DNA of 53,114 bases, filler included, from Jimgerdemannia flammicorona (lineage: Eukaryota): the NCBI GenBank assembly GCA_003990765.1. It is 3 parts of 3 records of this genome, joined end to end, with 100 filler letters (N's around TTAATTAATTAA, not from the genome) between each part and the next. Parts side by side here need not be neighbours in the genome. Positions count along the whole stretch, not along the records: positions 1 to 17,639 come from RBNJ01002464.1; positions 17,740 to 35,377 come from RBNJ01002465.1; 1 more part is not named here. The stretch is one strand, 5' to 3'. Positions 12,576-24,100 of the stretch are shown here, in pieces. Within the stretch, counting starts at the first letter, position 1; each line of letters begins with the position of its first letter. The position numbers were made by a program, and so were the translations under genes. The notes beneath the pieces are model-generated. The model was not told the DNA's origin. It did no database searches and worked only from the letters and a program-made list of their open reading frames with translations.

Positions 12576-14000
12576 ATGTCGAACACGGTATCAATTACCC
12601 CTGATTCGGCCTACACTATTGAGCAAGGCCCAAGGCACACCAAACCAAATACTTCCCCCGTCCTCGTCGATATTATAGCCGAACCGCAGCCGATCATGCT
12701 CACTCGTCGAATGGCTGAGGAATCCCTCACCGACCTCCTCGATTTCCTGTGGTCCGACGGGTTTGCCGAGATCTCGAACTCCATTGACGAAGTCGCCATG
12801 CACCGGTTCGACATCGAGGTACGGGGCGTCGTCGCTGAGCTGCTTGAACCGGACAACGACCCGCACGTTCGGAACGGCACCGGCGTTCGCTGTGACGCTG
12901 CCGGACGGATCTGGACCTCACGTTAAAACCTACCAAGCAAGTCGGTATATGTCCGTATGCCCACTTTATTTTGAGTTCCCTCTCAAAATACTTTATCTCT
13001 CTTCTTTTGTTTTCTTCAAATTTTTATTTGTTTCTTTTTTCTAAAGTGTGCCAATATGCAATGTCCGCCTACGTGTTAGCTTTTCCGAATACTTCGTAGC
13101 TACATAATCGCTGATTTGCTAGATCTCGACGTTTTGGTCATTGGAGAAGAATAAATTTCGATTGCACATGGTTACGGTTAATCAAAGTAGTGACTGACAA
13201 CGATATGCTTGCAATATTTTCCTTTTGTCGTGGTGGCCGAACTCAAGAAACCTCAGGGGAACCCCACTACTAACACTGATCATCCTCTATTAGGAAGGTA
13301 AACCCCGTCGAAAAGACGGAACTTGATTGCATGAGGGCCCGATTTCTCTCTCACATCGCGAACTCCGCGTGAGCGTTAGACAGGTCGAGGGAAGGAAACG
13401 TGTTGTGGTCGATGTTGACGACGTAGCACCCTTTGGGAAGTTCGGATATAAATACCTCCCTACACTCCTACCTACTTTCCTCTTCTCACACGCATATAGA
13501 CATGACTGCTCAAAAACAAACCGCCGCTTTTCCTCCCCGTTTAGCGACGACAAATACGGGTCTAGGAGCAGTGCAGGTTTGGCCGGTGCATTCCTAATGG
13601 TAGGTAGGGATGAGCTAGCTATCGGGTGGCTCCATATGAAATATAAGCATTGTATGGGATGGTGAGTTGTGTATATGCAACTTATCTTGGAAGAAGGGAG
13701 AGAAGTATGTCATGTTTCCTTGGTTGGATGGACATGGGGAGGCGTGCATTGGAGAAGGTATTTGCCGCTATGAACATTACAAACTTTCAACCTTTGCCAA
13801 TGGAACGAACATGACTGACCCAGTGCCCCAACAATGTCTATCTCTCCCTCCGAACAGATTCGAGGCGTTGAGTGATACATTGAAAGATTGTTTCTATTCT
13901 TGCCTCCGTCGGAACCGACCGTCTTCTCGCGTGCCTCGCGAGTCACTTTCTTGGAATCACAATACAGTCGTGCACCTGAAATCTCTTCGTCTCCCAACCC
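12576..14000 (+). pseudogene. Gene B copy 6 (most extensive copy); unidentified multi-exon protein
   Basis: C-ending codon bias in MSNTVSITPDSAYTIEQGP...LLEPDNDPHVRNG; lacks the QIQCVTCGSW segment seen in copies 3/4 (frameshifting deletion); putative donors CAA|GCAAGT and GGATG|GTGAGT. Confidence 0.7.
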
Positions 14001-14191
14001 ATCCCGACCACAATTGCAACACGACATTTGGGGTTTCTGGGTTTATTTATTCCAATACTCTATAAATAACAACCTATCTCTGGATTCTGGTCGCAAACAA
14101 AATGGTCAGAAATCGAAGCCGGATAAATATGTTACGTGAGGTTCGTAGTAGAATCTATGGCAACGAAATTCAATCAAAAATGCATAGACCA

Positions 14192-17100
14192 TCACGACAA
14201 GGCAACAACCCAATCATTGCCAAGTTTGCTTGCCCTAATCTTCCCGGAATGGTCCTCATCGGCATTGATTTCATCCATGTCGATCACATCCTCCTCCCAA
14301 TCGGTGACCCATCGCGAAACGTCATTTATCAGAGCAATTTCAGGCTGTTGGCCTGACCGAAAACATGATTTCGCCAACGAAGCCCTTTCCGCGCGAGGGG
14401 CCTAGTACGGCGAAAAAGATATCATCACAGAAGCCTTCAATTTGTCATCACTTTTGGAGTTTTGATTCTCATCGAATTTATCAGATTTGTCCAATTTGAG
14501 TTCGGTGAAATCCTTGAGAACGGCATCGGTATACAGTGCCGTATCGGGGGCACCTCCGTCGTGCCCAACGCCTCCCGCATCACAAAGACAGGTTCAGCCT
14601 TGGCCAGCGCAACAGTCGAAATAGGTATAACAGGGAGAGGCTCCTGCTTGATCTGTATTTCCTGTTGCTTAGCAACGTGAGCCACGATGGGTTTAGTCGA
14701 CACCTCCACGGACTCAATCTTGATGGCAACCGTTGTCGTTTGCTGTTGCTGCTGCTGCTGTTGACGAGCCTGCAGTTGCTGCAGCTGTACGGCGGCATTC
14801 TGGGCGGCGGCCATTGCCACTGCCACCTGCATCGGGGTCAGAGCCGTGATCGAGGTCGTTTGCTGTAATTTCTAATTGTTTCCGGTGGCGACGGCGGCTA
14901 GGGTCGGGACGACACCTGTAAATGCGGCTCCGCTGGCCGAAGTCTGTTGCATTTGGGCGGCGGCGGCCAAGGCCTTTGCGTTTGTCTGCTGCTGGGCAAC
15001 CTGCCTCGCGATACCGACTTGATCCGAGCACATTTTCTGGAGCTGGGCCTTCTGCACTGGGTTCAGAAGCGTTTTACCTAAATTCGCTTGCTGAAGGAGA
15101 TGTTGTGCTTGGAGTACCTTGGGGGGGACAAAGTGTGGGCGATCTGTGGGGCAAGACCAGCGGCGATGGCGGCTTGGACGGCTTGTTGCTGAGAGAGGCC
15201 GGAAAATAAGGGCTTGACCTGCGCGGCGGGCTGGGTGGGTGGGTTGCAACGGTTGTACGCTAGCTGGGACGGGTGAGCCGGTGAGATCGACAGTGACGGG
15301 GACACTAGTGCTGGGTAAGGGCGTACTGTTATCTCCAGAGGCAACGGATTCCTGAGATCTCTGTTGTGGCAATGTTATCGTCGCGGAGATTGTTGTACTG
15401 GGGGCCGACTGTCCCTTCGCTTGCTTCTTGGCGGGAGGGAGTTTCAAGTCTAAAGGTACGTGCTTCATGGCCATCTGCGTGGTTTGAGGCCCCACGGACT
15501 GCTGCTGCTGTTGCAGTCATGATTCATGCAATCGCTGTTGTTGCGAAGCCGCAGGCACTGTCGTGGTCTGGGTATTCGTGTCTGGAGGGCTCGCACCAGG
15601 CAAAGGTTGACTCTGACTGCCTATTGATTCTTGACCCAGAGGAAATATCTCGAAAATTGCTCCTTCAGCTTCTTCAGGTTCGCGAGACTGATCACGTATT
15701 CACCTCGCGGGAAGGCATCGAACTGATCTTGAAACATGTATTTCATGAGCATCAGATACTTCGTGGTCTCGTGATTACTAGTGAGAGTGAGGAAGACAGG
15801 CAGGAGCTGATCTACACGCTTGAACATCTCAGTCATCTGTTTTACTTGTTCGCGGATTGCTGCTTTTCTTCCTCAATCGGATTGGTTTTGACTGTAACAA
15901 GTCGTATGATTTGGAGCAAAATATAGCGTTCGGTGTTGGGAGTATGATGAGTGGAAGATGTTTTAGCAATAAATAAATGTTCCAACATATTATTTCCAAA
16001 TGACTGCAAGCGCCACTTAGACTTGACAAATCAAATACTAACCGCGACTAGCCACAATATTTTTATCCATCCCATGAACCGCCTGAACTGCGGCACCGTG
16101 CTGAGAATGCGACATACCTGCATGCGACGGTCGTACCGCAGAGCCCTGCTGTCACCGACGGCATTGGCCAAAGAAGGACCGACTGTCGTCGCTGCTGTGG
16201 AGATGGGAGTGCCGGCGGGGAGTTGATGCGGAGGATGCGACGCCGTCGAGAGAAATCTGCAGACGCATGGCGGGTTGTGGCGCCGCGGGGCGGTTGACGA
16301 GGAAATTGGCTGGGTTCTGCGGTGCGTTGCTGGCGTTCTGGGCGGCGACGGCTTGCTGCTGTTGTTGTGCGACGATTTATTGACGCTGGATATGAGATCG
16401 GAGTTGTCCTTGGGGGCGACAGCTTGCTGATATTGTGCTTGAAGTTGGGCAGCTTGCTGCTGAGGACCTTGCCCGCCGGAGGCCGCAGCCACCATGGTGC
16501 CGTTGTTGAAGTTGTTGAAGACTCTTCACATTTAAAAGCTGCCTCGCCATAACTTGTTGATTGGTTAACGGACGCTGCTGTTGTTGCTGTCCGACCGCCA
16601 TCATCTGCGGACGGAGCTGGGCCTTCCATTTTTAATCGGAAGAAGGATCGTCAGAACCGTACCCAAGACCTGACCCTATCGTACGTCAAAACGAATATTG
16701 CAGAGGTGTGAACCCACCTGTTGCTGCATACCAGCGCCCTGCTGCTGCTGTTGCAACTGCTGTTGTTGTGGAGGTCGTATTATTGATTGTTGCTGAGGAG
16801 AGTTTGTCATCGCCTGCATTTGTTGCTAAATATTCACACCAAGAAGGTTGCTCGGGCCGCCATTGTTGTCCGCTACGAGTCCGGCAAGTCCACCAGCCGT
16901 GGTAACACCTAATCCTGCCTGATTCTGCTTGTTCGCTTGGACCTTTGAACTACTCCTGCCAAATATTTGCCCCTCAAAAGCCCTAGCGACATTTATTATT
17001 TGGGTTTCCTGTGTGCCTGGCGACAGATGTTTGAGAGCCTGGCCGCTAAAATTTGTGAGGCATGCGTAAAGGAGGAGGAAAATAGAGAGGTAAACTAGGG

Positions 17101-17200
17101 ATTTAGTTACGTTAACGATTCCTTCATGCTTTGTTGTGGCGAAGGATGAGTTCGGCGCATGATTGTTGCCCTTCGCCGCAGCCAGTCAGCTCGCCAACAC
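14192..17200 (-). pseudogene. MED15: Mediator subunit MED15/GAL11 pseudogene (KIX, Q-rich and ABD3/Med15_fungi regions), copy 6
   Basis: KIX-like ALKHLSPGTQETQIINVARAFEGQIFGRSSSK at about 16945-17045 (cf. yeast Gal11 AKNFEAALFAKSSSK); helical domain MTEMFKRVDQLLPVFLTLTSNHETTKYLMLMKYMFQDQF...YVISLANLKKLKEQFSRYFLWVKNQ; polyQ tracts; GT-AG introns; several in-frame stops and frameshifts. Confidence 0.8.
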
Positions 17201-17502
17201 ACTTCTATTTGTTCTTGTGACACTGCTCGCAGGCTCGGGGCATTTTACACCGCTACAATGCCAGGATCGCAAAGGTTCTATGTTCGCCCACCACCGTCGG
17301 ACGTGTGCACGCATTCCAGGGTCCATCCAACAGCACACGGAAGCTGTTACACGTAGTTTACCAACGAATTATATAAAAGACTTACAGTTGGGAGAACGGT
17401 TAAGTCTTTGCTTTCAGTTCGGGTTGTTTTGGTCGTTCGCTGCGGTTGGGGCACATTCCCGAAGGTGGTTTGTAACGAAAGAGGGGACAACCATTTGTCG
17501 TA

Positions 17503-17639
17503 GAACCATCGCCAGAAAAAAGGGCCGGAAAAAAGGGCGGGTGGGGACAACAAGGTGTCATTTGAACCGTCGCCGGAAAAAAGGGCGGGTGGGACAAGGT
17601 GTCGTTGAACCATCGCCGGAAAAAAGGGTGGGTGGGGGG
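17503..17639 (+). repeat. G-rich minisatellite of about 45 bp at the contig end
   Basis: GAACC(A/G)TCGCCGGAAAAAAGGGCGGGTGGG...ACAAGGTGTC repeated about 3 times, running into the gap. Confidence 0.8.
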
Positions 17640-17739
17640 NNNNNNNNNNNNNNNNNNNNNNNNNNNNNNNNNNNNNNNNNNNNTTAATTAATTAANNNNN
17701 NNNNNNNNNNNNNNNNNNNNNNNNNNNNNNNNNNNNNNN
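17640..17739. other. Artificial scaffold linker
   Basis: 44 N + TTAATTAATTAA (stop codons in all six frames) + 44 N. Confidence 0.97.
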
Positions 17740-17988
17740 TCTCTTTATAAACTCATACTACTCCTCTTTAACTAATCTGCTAATCCACTGCTATATCCTC
17801 ATAATCAAGATTTTGGAAACTAACTTCTTATCAATATTCAGCAGTATGATTGATCTTTAGTTGCACTATATTCTCCTATCTCCTTTCTCCTTATAGAGTA
17901 AAGATACTAATCCTAAGGATCTATTGTCTACTCAGTAGTCTTCTTTTAATATATAGTTTACTATCTCAATCAGCTATTTATCAAACTC
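17740..17988 (-). mobile_element. Old decayed LINE reverse-transcriptase fragment (host site of the gypsy element)
   Basis: rc translates GLVSLLYKEKGDRRI*CN*RSIILLNIDKKLVSKILIMRI*QWISRLVKEE*, homologous to GLVALLYKDKGRREDWKNWRPIMLLDMDRKMVTKVIVTRLQ at about 33300. Confidence 0.8.
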
Positions 17989-18453
17989 TATAATAGTTCT
18001 AGTTTCTTTAAGAGGAAATAACTAAATCTGGAAGTTCTGGTTGGCCTAAAGTAGCTTGAAGAGATACTTAAATGTTTAAGTATTCTTGAAGGAATTCTAG
18101 AAGAAAAATATTCTGAGCTTTATTCAGGTAGAGAATAAGGATATTTATACATAATCTGAAAGAAAGATCCAGAAGGATCTTGGAAAGAAAGAGAAATGCC
18201 AAGAAATAGGTTTTTGGCAAAGTTGACTAAAACTATTCTATAATGTTCCAAAAGGTTCTATGACTAGCTAAGACAAGATACTTGGTGCCAAGGAAAGACA
18301 AGAATGTTCTAATAGTGTCTGAGTACTGAGAGAAGGTTTCTAAGCAAGTAGAAGGTGATAGAATATAGTAAAATATTTAAGAAATAACAAGAAAAGACTA
18401 ACTAAAAGATGCAAAAATATACTAAGACTAAATATGACTATGAAATTGTTACA
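17989..18453 (-). repeat. 3' LTR of gypsy element 1
   Basis: Begins TGTAAC directly after the purine tract AAGGAGAGAGAGA (element strand); similar to 29448-29614 and to LTR 38008-38411. Confidence 0.88.
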
Positions 18454-21175
18454 TCTCTCTCTCCTTAAGAACTAACATTCTCATTGAGTTCTTAGATAAT
18501 ACAAGACTAGATATACTTAACCAAAATTTCTCAAACTTATATCAGCACATTGGTGGAGATTGGCCATCCTTATATAGGGCAGAGGACCTATTATCAGACT
18601 AACTAACTAGGAGGGATTCAAACCCAGCTAGTAGCTTCATTTTAGTGGACTTCTTGTTTATTAAATATTCTACTAGTTCTGGGTCCCAAAGTAAACTTCT
18701 GATATATAAGGCACTAGTCATTATCATAGGTTGTCAATAATCTAAGAAAGTCACTACAGAGATTGGGTAATATATTTTGTCTTGAAGTCTTGAACTAGAT
18801 CTTGAGAGTTCTTGAGATTGACCAGTGGTTTCCAGGTAGCATCATATTCAGGGTAACTCATCCACTTGACTAGATATTCAGAATGACAGTAGTGGATTCA
18901 TTTGTCAAGGATTTTCTCAGCTTCATACTTGATATGGTCTTTAATAATCACAGAGATAGAAGGCTTAGGAATTTGACCAGAGTAGGGTGGTGACTGGTTC
19001 CAGGTCTTAAGGTATAATACATGAAAGACTGAGTGTACTCTTATAGTCTCAGGTAGCTTGAGATAATAAGAGAATGCAGAGACTTGTTCAGTGATCTCAA
19101 AAGGTCCAATATACTTAGGTTGGAACTTGTTCAAAGAGTAGTTAACTTGAGATTGTATCTTGAAGTTCTCAGTAGACAGTAGGACTTAATCTCCAACAGT
19201 ATAAGTGATATTATAGCATTTCTTATCAGTATACTTGGCTTGATGCTGTTGAGTCTTCTGAAGATTTATAGTAGTAATCTTGAGTAGTTTGTCCATTTTG
19301 TCTGTAAGATTCTTGGCAGTTGGGACTTGTATTTGACTAGTTTTCTTGAAAGGGAATAGACTTGCAGGGGTCTTGGAATCTTGACCATAGAGTAACTGGA
19401 AAGAGAAAAGACCAGTAGATAATTGGACAGCATTGTTGTATACAAACTCTACATAAGTCAGATAGATGTCCTAATTATCTTACTTATAAGAAACATAGTT
19501 TCTAAGCATTTGTTCTAGAGTTCTGTTCATGTGCTTGGTTTGTCTATCAGTTTGTAGGTGAAAGGTAGTAGATATAGCCAATTGGGTTCCCAGAGTCTTG
19601 AAGAGAGTTTGCCAAAAGTGACTGATGAACTTGGAGTCTCAATTGCTAATAATTACTCATGGTAGACCATAGTGATGGAAGATGGACTTAAAGAAGATTC
19701 TTACAATCTCAGGTATAGTAGTATTGGTAGTGGTTGATTCAGCAATCATTGTCTTAGTTAGGCAGTTAATGAATATGATGATAGCATTAGTACCAGGTTG
19801 AGTTCATAGTAGTTGAGTTATAAAGTCCATGGTGACTTACTCAAACTTCTTGGTAGAAATTGATAGTGACTGTAGCAAACCAGCAGATACTTAGTTAGTA
19901 GACTTGTTGTGCTGATATAGATTATAGCTGGCAACATAGTTCTTGATTTCCTTGACCATGTTTGGTCAATAGTAGCAGTATAGAATGTTTTTGACAGTTT
20001 TCTCAATTTCCAGGTGACTGGCAAGAGGGGAGTCATAGTGTTCTTGCAAAACCTTGTAGTGTAGGTTTATGTTTTCAGGTAGGTAGACTTGGTCTTGATG
20101 ATAGATCAGGTTGTTCTTGACAGTATATATATCTCTGAGTTCATTCGAGAAAACTCTAGTGACAACTGTGTCTTCTTTGTAAGCTTGTCTGATTTGGTCT
20201 AGGAATTCTAATACCAAGGTGACTTGTATGATTGTGATAAGGTCTGGACATCTTGATAAGGCATCTGGTACTACAAGTATCTTACCAGGCTTATAGATGA
20301 TTGTTGGATTGAAAGTTTGAAGCTTGAGGCTCCACTTGGCTTATAGATATAACAGAGTAGGTTAGGTATTGATGTACTTGAGGGATTGATGATCAGTAAT
20401 GACATCAAACTCAATATCTTCTAGATAGCATTGCTAGTGGTCTAGTGTATATATTATTGCTAGTAGTTCCTTTTCATGAGTAGCTAGCTTTTGTTCAGCT
20501 GGGGCTAGCTTATGGGACTCAAAAGTAATAGAATGATATTCTTTGCCATCATCTTATGACAGGACTGCTCCAATGGCAAAATTTGATACATCAGTGGTAA
20601 CTGTGAATTTTAGGCCTTGATCTGTATTACACAGGACTGGAGCATGGGTCAGACAGTTCTTAAGTTCTTGAAAGGCTTGTTAATAGAAGAGGTCCCAGAT
20701 ATAGGGTACATAGTGATCTGAGTGTAGGGCCTTCCTCATGAGATTAGTCAGTAGCTCAGTAATACTAGAGAAGTTTCTGACAAAGTGATAGTAATAGCCA
20801 GCTAGACCAAGGAAAGATCAGAGTTCTGTGAGATTTGACAGAATGGGCCATTCTTCAATTGCTTCTATCTTGTGTGGGTCTACTTGAATTCCTTGTGCAG
20901 AGACAATGTGACCAAGATATTTGACTTGTTCTTTGAAGAATTCATACTTCTTGAGCTTGGTATAAAGCTTGTATTTTCACAGGATCTCCAGAACTATTCA
21001 AATGTATTTGAGGTGTTCTTTTTTAATTGTACTAAAGATCAGGATATCATTAAGATATACCAACAGGAAAATAAATAGTTGGTCCTTGAATATCTTATTC
21101 ATCAGAGTCTGGAATATGGTAGGTACATTGGTGAGACCAAATGCTAAGACCAGGAATTTATAGAGTCTAAAGGGG

Positions 21176-24100
21176 ACATCCTTTCACCAGTAACATTCAG
21201 GTGACACAAGACTCAGACAACACTTTTTACAATATTTTTAGTGTCTGACAACTATCGACATGGATGGCAATGATCGAACTGGTGAGTATACTGGTCAGAG
21301 GAGTAGCAGTACCTTTGGCTGGCAGCAGGTGGGGAGGAGGGGAGATGATTTGGGGATACCAGGGGCCTCAATGGCTAGCCGAGGCCCTGGTGGTGGAGGG
21401 AGGGGTGGCCTGAGGCAGAGAAGAGGAGAGAGGTTGACCTTTACTGACAAGGTCAGAATGAGAAAGATGGCCTCTGGTCTGGGTGGTTGGCTGGGCCTGG
21501 GGAAGACATCAACAGCTGCTGCTAGGGGATAGAGAGGTGTGCCTAGGGGAGTTTCAGGTGGTAGGGGAGGAGTAGGAGTAGGGGCTGGAGATATGACTGT
21601 TGATGGGGTTGTAACTGAGGATCTGGCAAAAAATCCAGATGTGATGGTGGTTGATAATTCAGGACAGGGGGTAGGTATGAGGCCTGGAGACCTGGCAGAT
21701 GGGGTGACAGGCATGGTGTCAGCCCTATTACTCAAGAAGTTGAGATTGGAATTTGTGGTCACAATAAGTTTCAGAGGCTTGGCAGTAATGGCAAGGATGA
21801 TCTTAGAGCTGGTGGCATAGGAGGCAAAGGGAGCAGCTTCGGTGAAGTTTTTGAAGGAGAAGGAAGGGGTCGAGGTGGGGTTCAAGGAAGAAGACACCTT
21901 GCTAGCAGCCTTGAAGAAGGGGGTGATAGTTGGCAGAGTTGTGGTCCCTATGGCCAGGTATATGCACTGGGACCCCTGAGTGGTGTAGTTGATAGTATTG
22001 GATCTCCCTACATTGTCAAAGGAGAGGACTAGAGAGTTGGTTGTAGAGACAATCAAGAAGTATGGAGAGATTGTGGATGTTGGGTTCAAGATCTGGGAGG
22101 GTATGGAGCTCCAGACTGGTGATGTCAATGTCAGGGTGAGGTTAGCTGGAAAGGAGAGTACAGGGAAGACAAGGGACTGGCCAGTGATGTTGAGGTGGGG
22201 ACCAGTAGAGTACAAGGTCATGAGGGTGAAGGAGACCCAGGAGGAGGAGGAAGACCTATTAGAGGCTCTGGAGGATCTGGAAGGGGCAGTTGTGAGGAGG
22301 AGATTAGCCTGAAAGGAGTTTGAGGCCAAGACAGTGGTGGGAGAGGTGGATGGGAAGAGGGTCCAGATGGAGAGAGGGGCCTGGGAGAAGATACAGGGGA
22401 GGAAAATACAGAAGGAACTGCTGGCAAAGTTGGGTGAGAGTAGAGCCGGTAGAAGTACAGAGGAGGGAGATATGGAATTGCAGGAGAGCACCTGGGCTGT
22501 GGGCGGTGAAAGGGCCCATGGTGGGGCTCGGATTGGATTGGAGGAGGAGAGGGAAAGTGGTATGGAGGCAGATGCAGAAATGAGTGAAGGTGTACACCCT
22601 CAGTATAGTGTCCTGGGTAGAGCTGAGGGAGAGGAGGAACTGCTGGATATGCCAGATGAGGAGTGGGATGAGTCAGTGAAGAGGAGCACTCTGGTGGACC
22701 CTGAGGTGGATGGGGGGCAAATCATCCAGAGTGTGGTGGAGGCAGTGGATGAGGAGAAGTGGATGTGGAAGACCCTGAAAGGGGTAGTGGCAGAGGAGCT
22801 GGGGGGAGAGGATTTCAGGATTATAGAAGAGAGATATTGGGAGGAAATCCTATAGGGAGAGGAGGTACTGAGGAAGATGAGAAACAAGATCCTGGCTGTC
22901 CTCCTGGAGTCAGTTGAATATCAAGTTGATGATCAGAGAGAAGAGGAACTCAGAGGGATTGTGAGTGACTGGGCATTATTCTTGTGGAACTCGAGGAAGG
23001 GACTGGAGAAGTGGCACATAGTCTGTATGGACTACTGGTCAGAGATGGAGGTAGTGGATGGGGTGGAATGTCAGGAAATCTTGGAGATACTGGATGCTCA
23101 GGCTAATGCAGAGAGTAACTTGGAAGCCAAATAGTGCTTGGATCTGACTGGGGATGAGATGAGTATGGAATACTAGGCTGGGGTCCCAATTGCAACATTC
23201 TTTCAATATAAATAGTACAACTAGAATATTCTCTTTGAACATCAATGGGTTGTGGGAGACAGCTAGGAGGAAGTATATATTTGGATGGCTAAAGAGACTG
23301 GATGCAGACCTCTTTTTGTTGCAGGATGTTCATTATGAGGCAGATATGAATTTATAGGATTAGACTAAAGAATGGGGGGGGGGCAGCAGTATGGAGGGGG
23401 AGAGTGGGTATTCTCATTCAGAAAGGGATGGGGGACATTGGGGACATTGGACATTGGGGGTCTCAGGTGATATGGGAAGTATGGAAGAGGTCTGGACAGG
23501 GCTCATTGACAGTTGGGTCTTGTTACTGTCCAGCTGAGAGAGGGGAGAGGGTGGATTGGATTTACAGGTTGAAAGAGTCCAGTATCTTGGGTGAGATTGG
23601 GTTGGACTGCCTGGGGGGTGACTTCAACATGGTACGGGATAAGGAGATGGACAGAACAGATGGAGGGAGAGGCATGTGAAGTGAGAGTGGTGGGTTGGGT
23701 GACTGGTTGGAGACAGAGAGATTGAGTTCTTTAGTGGACTCAGGAAGACAGTTTTGGAACAATCAGCAGATATACACTCACTGGGCAGCAGGGCTGGGCT
23801 CCAGGATTGACTGGGTTTTGACAGTGGAGTGCTGGGGAGCAGATGTCTGGATGGTGCTGGAGGTAGTTTGGTGTCCATGATCTGATCACTGGGGGCTGCT
23901 AGGAGGGGGGAGGTTTGGGGAAAGTGAGGATGGGCCTGGACATTGGTAACTAAATTCTTCCTTATTAGAGGATGGGGTTTTGTGGAAGGATTGGGAAAAG
24001 GAGGTTGTTGGGAATATTGGAAGGTGGTGGGAACAGAGCCTGGGGATTGGGGACTGCTGGAGGAGACTAAAGGCAAATGCTCAGAGGTATTGGAGAAAAG

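Noticed and set aside
12591..12866. Protein-like minus-strand ORF opposite gene B
   Set aside because: Codon bias, the ATG conserved across copies and the splice signals all favour the plus strand.
14192..17200. Interpreting copy 6 as the functional MED15 with sequencing errors
   Set aside because: Multiple independent stops, frameshifts and deletions relative to sibling copies, while genes at 40-51 kb read cleanly.
17684..17695. TTAATTAATTAA palindrome inside N runs (also 35422-35433)
   Set aside because: Artificial six-frame-stop contig linker. Adjacency across these gaps is not evidence of biological linkage.
21295..22491. 398-aa minus-strand Ser/Pro-rich ORF and similar ORFs at 30050-31731
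   Set aside because: Antisense shadows of the G-rich LINE ORF1, whose C-rich opposite strand lacks stop codons.
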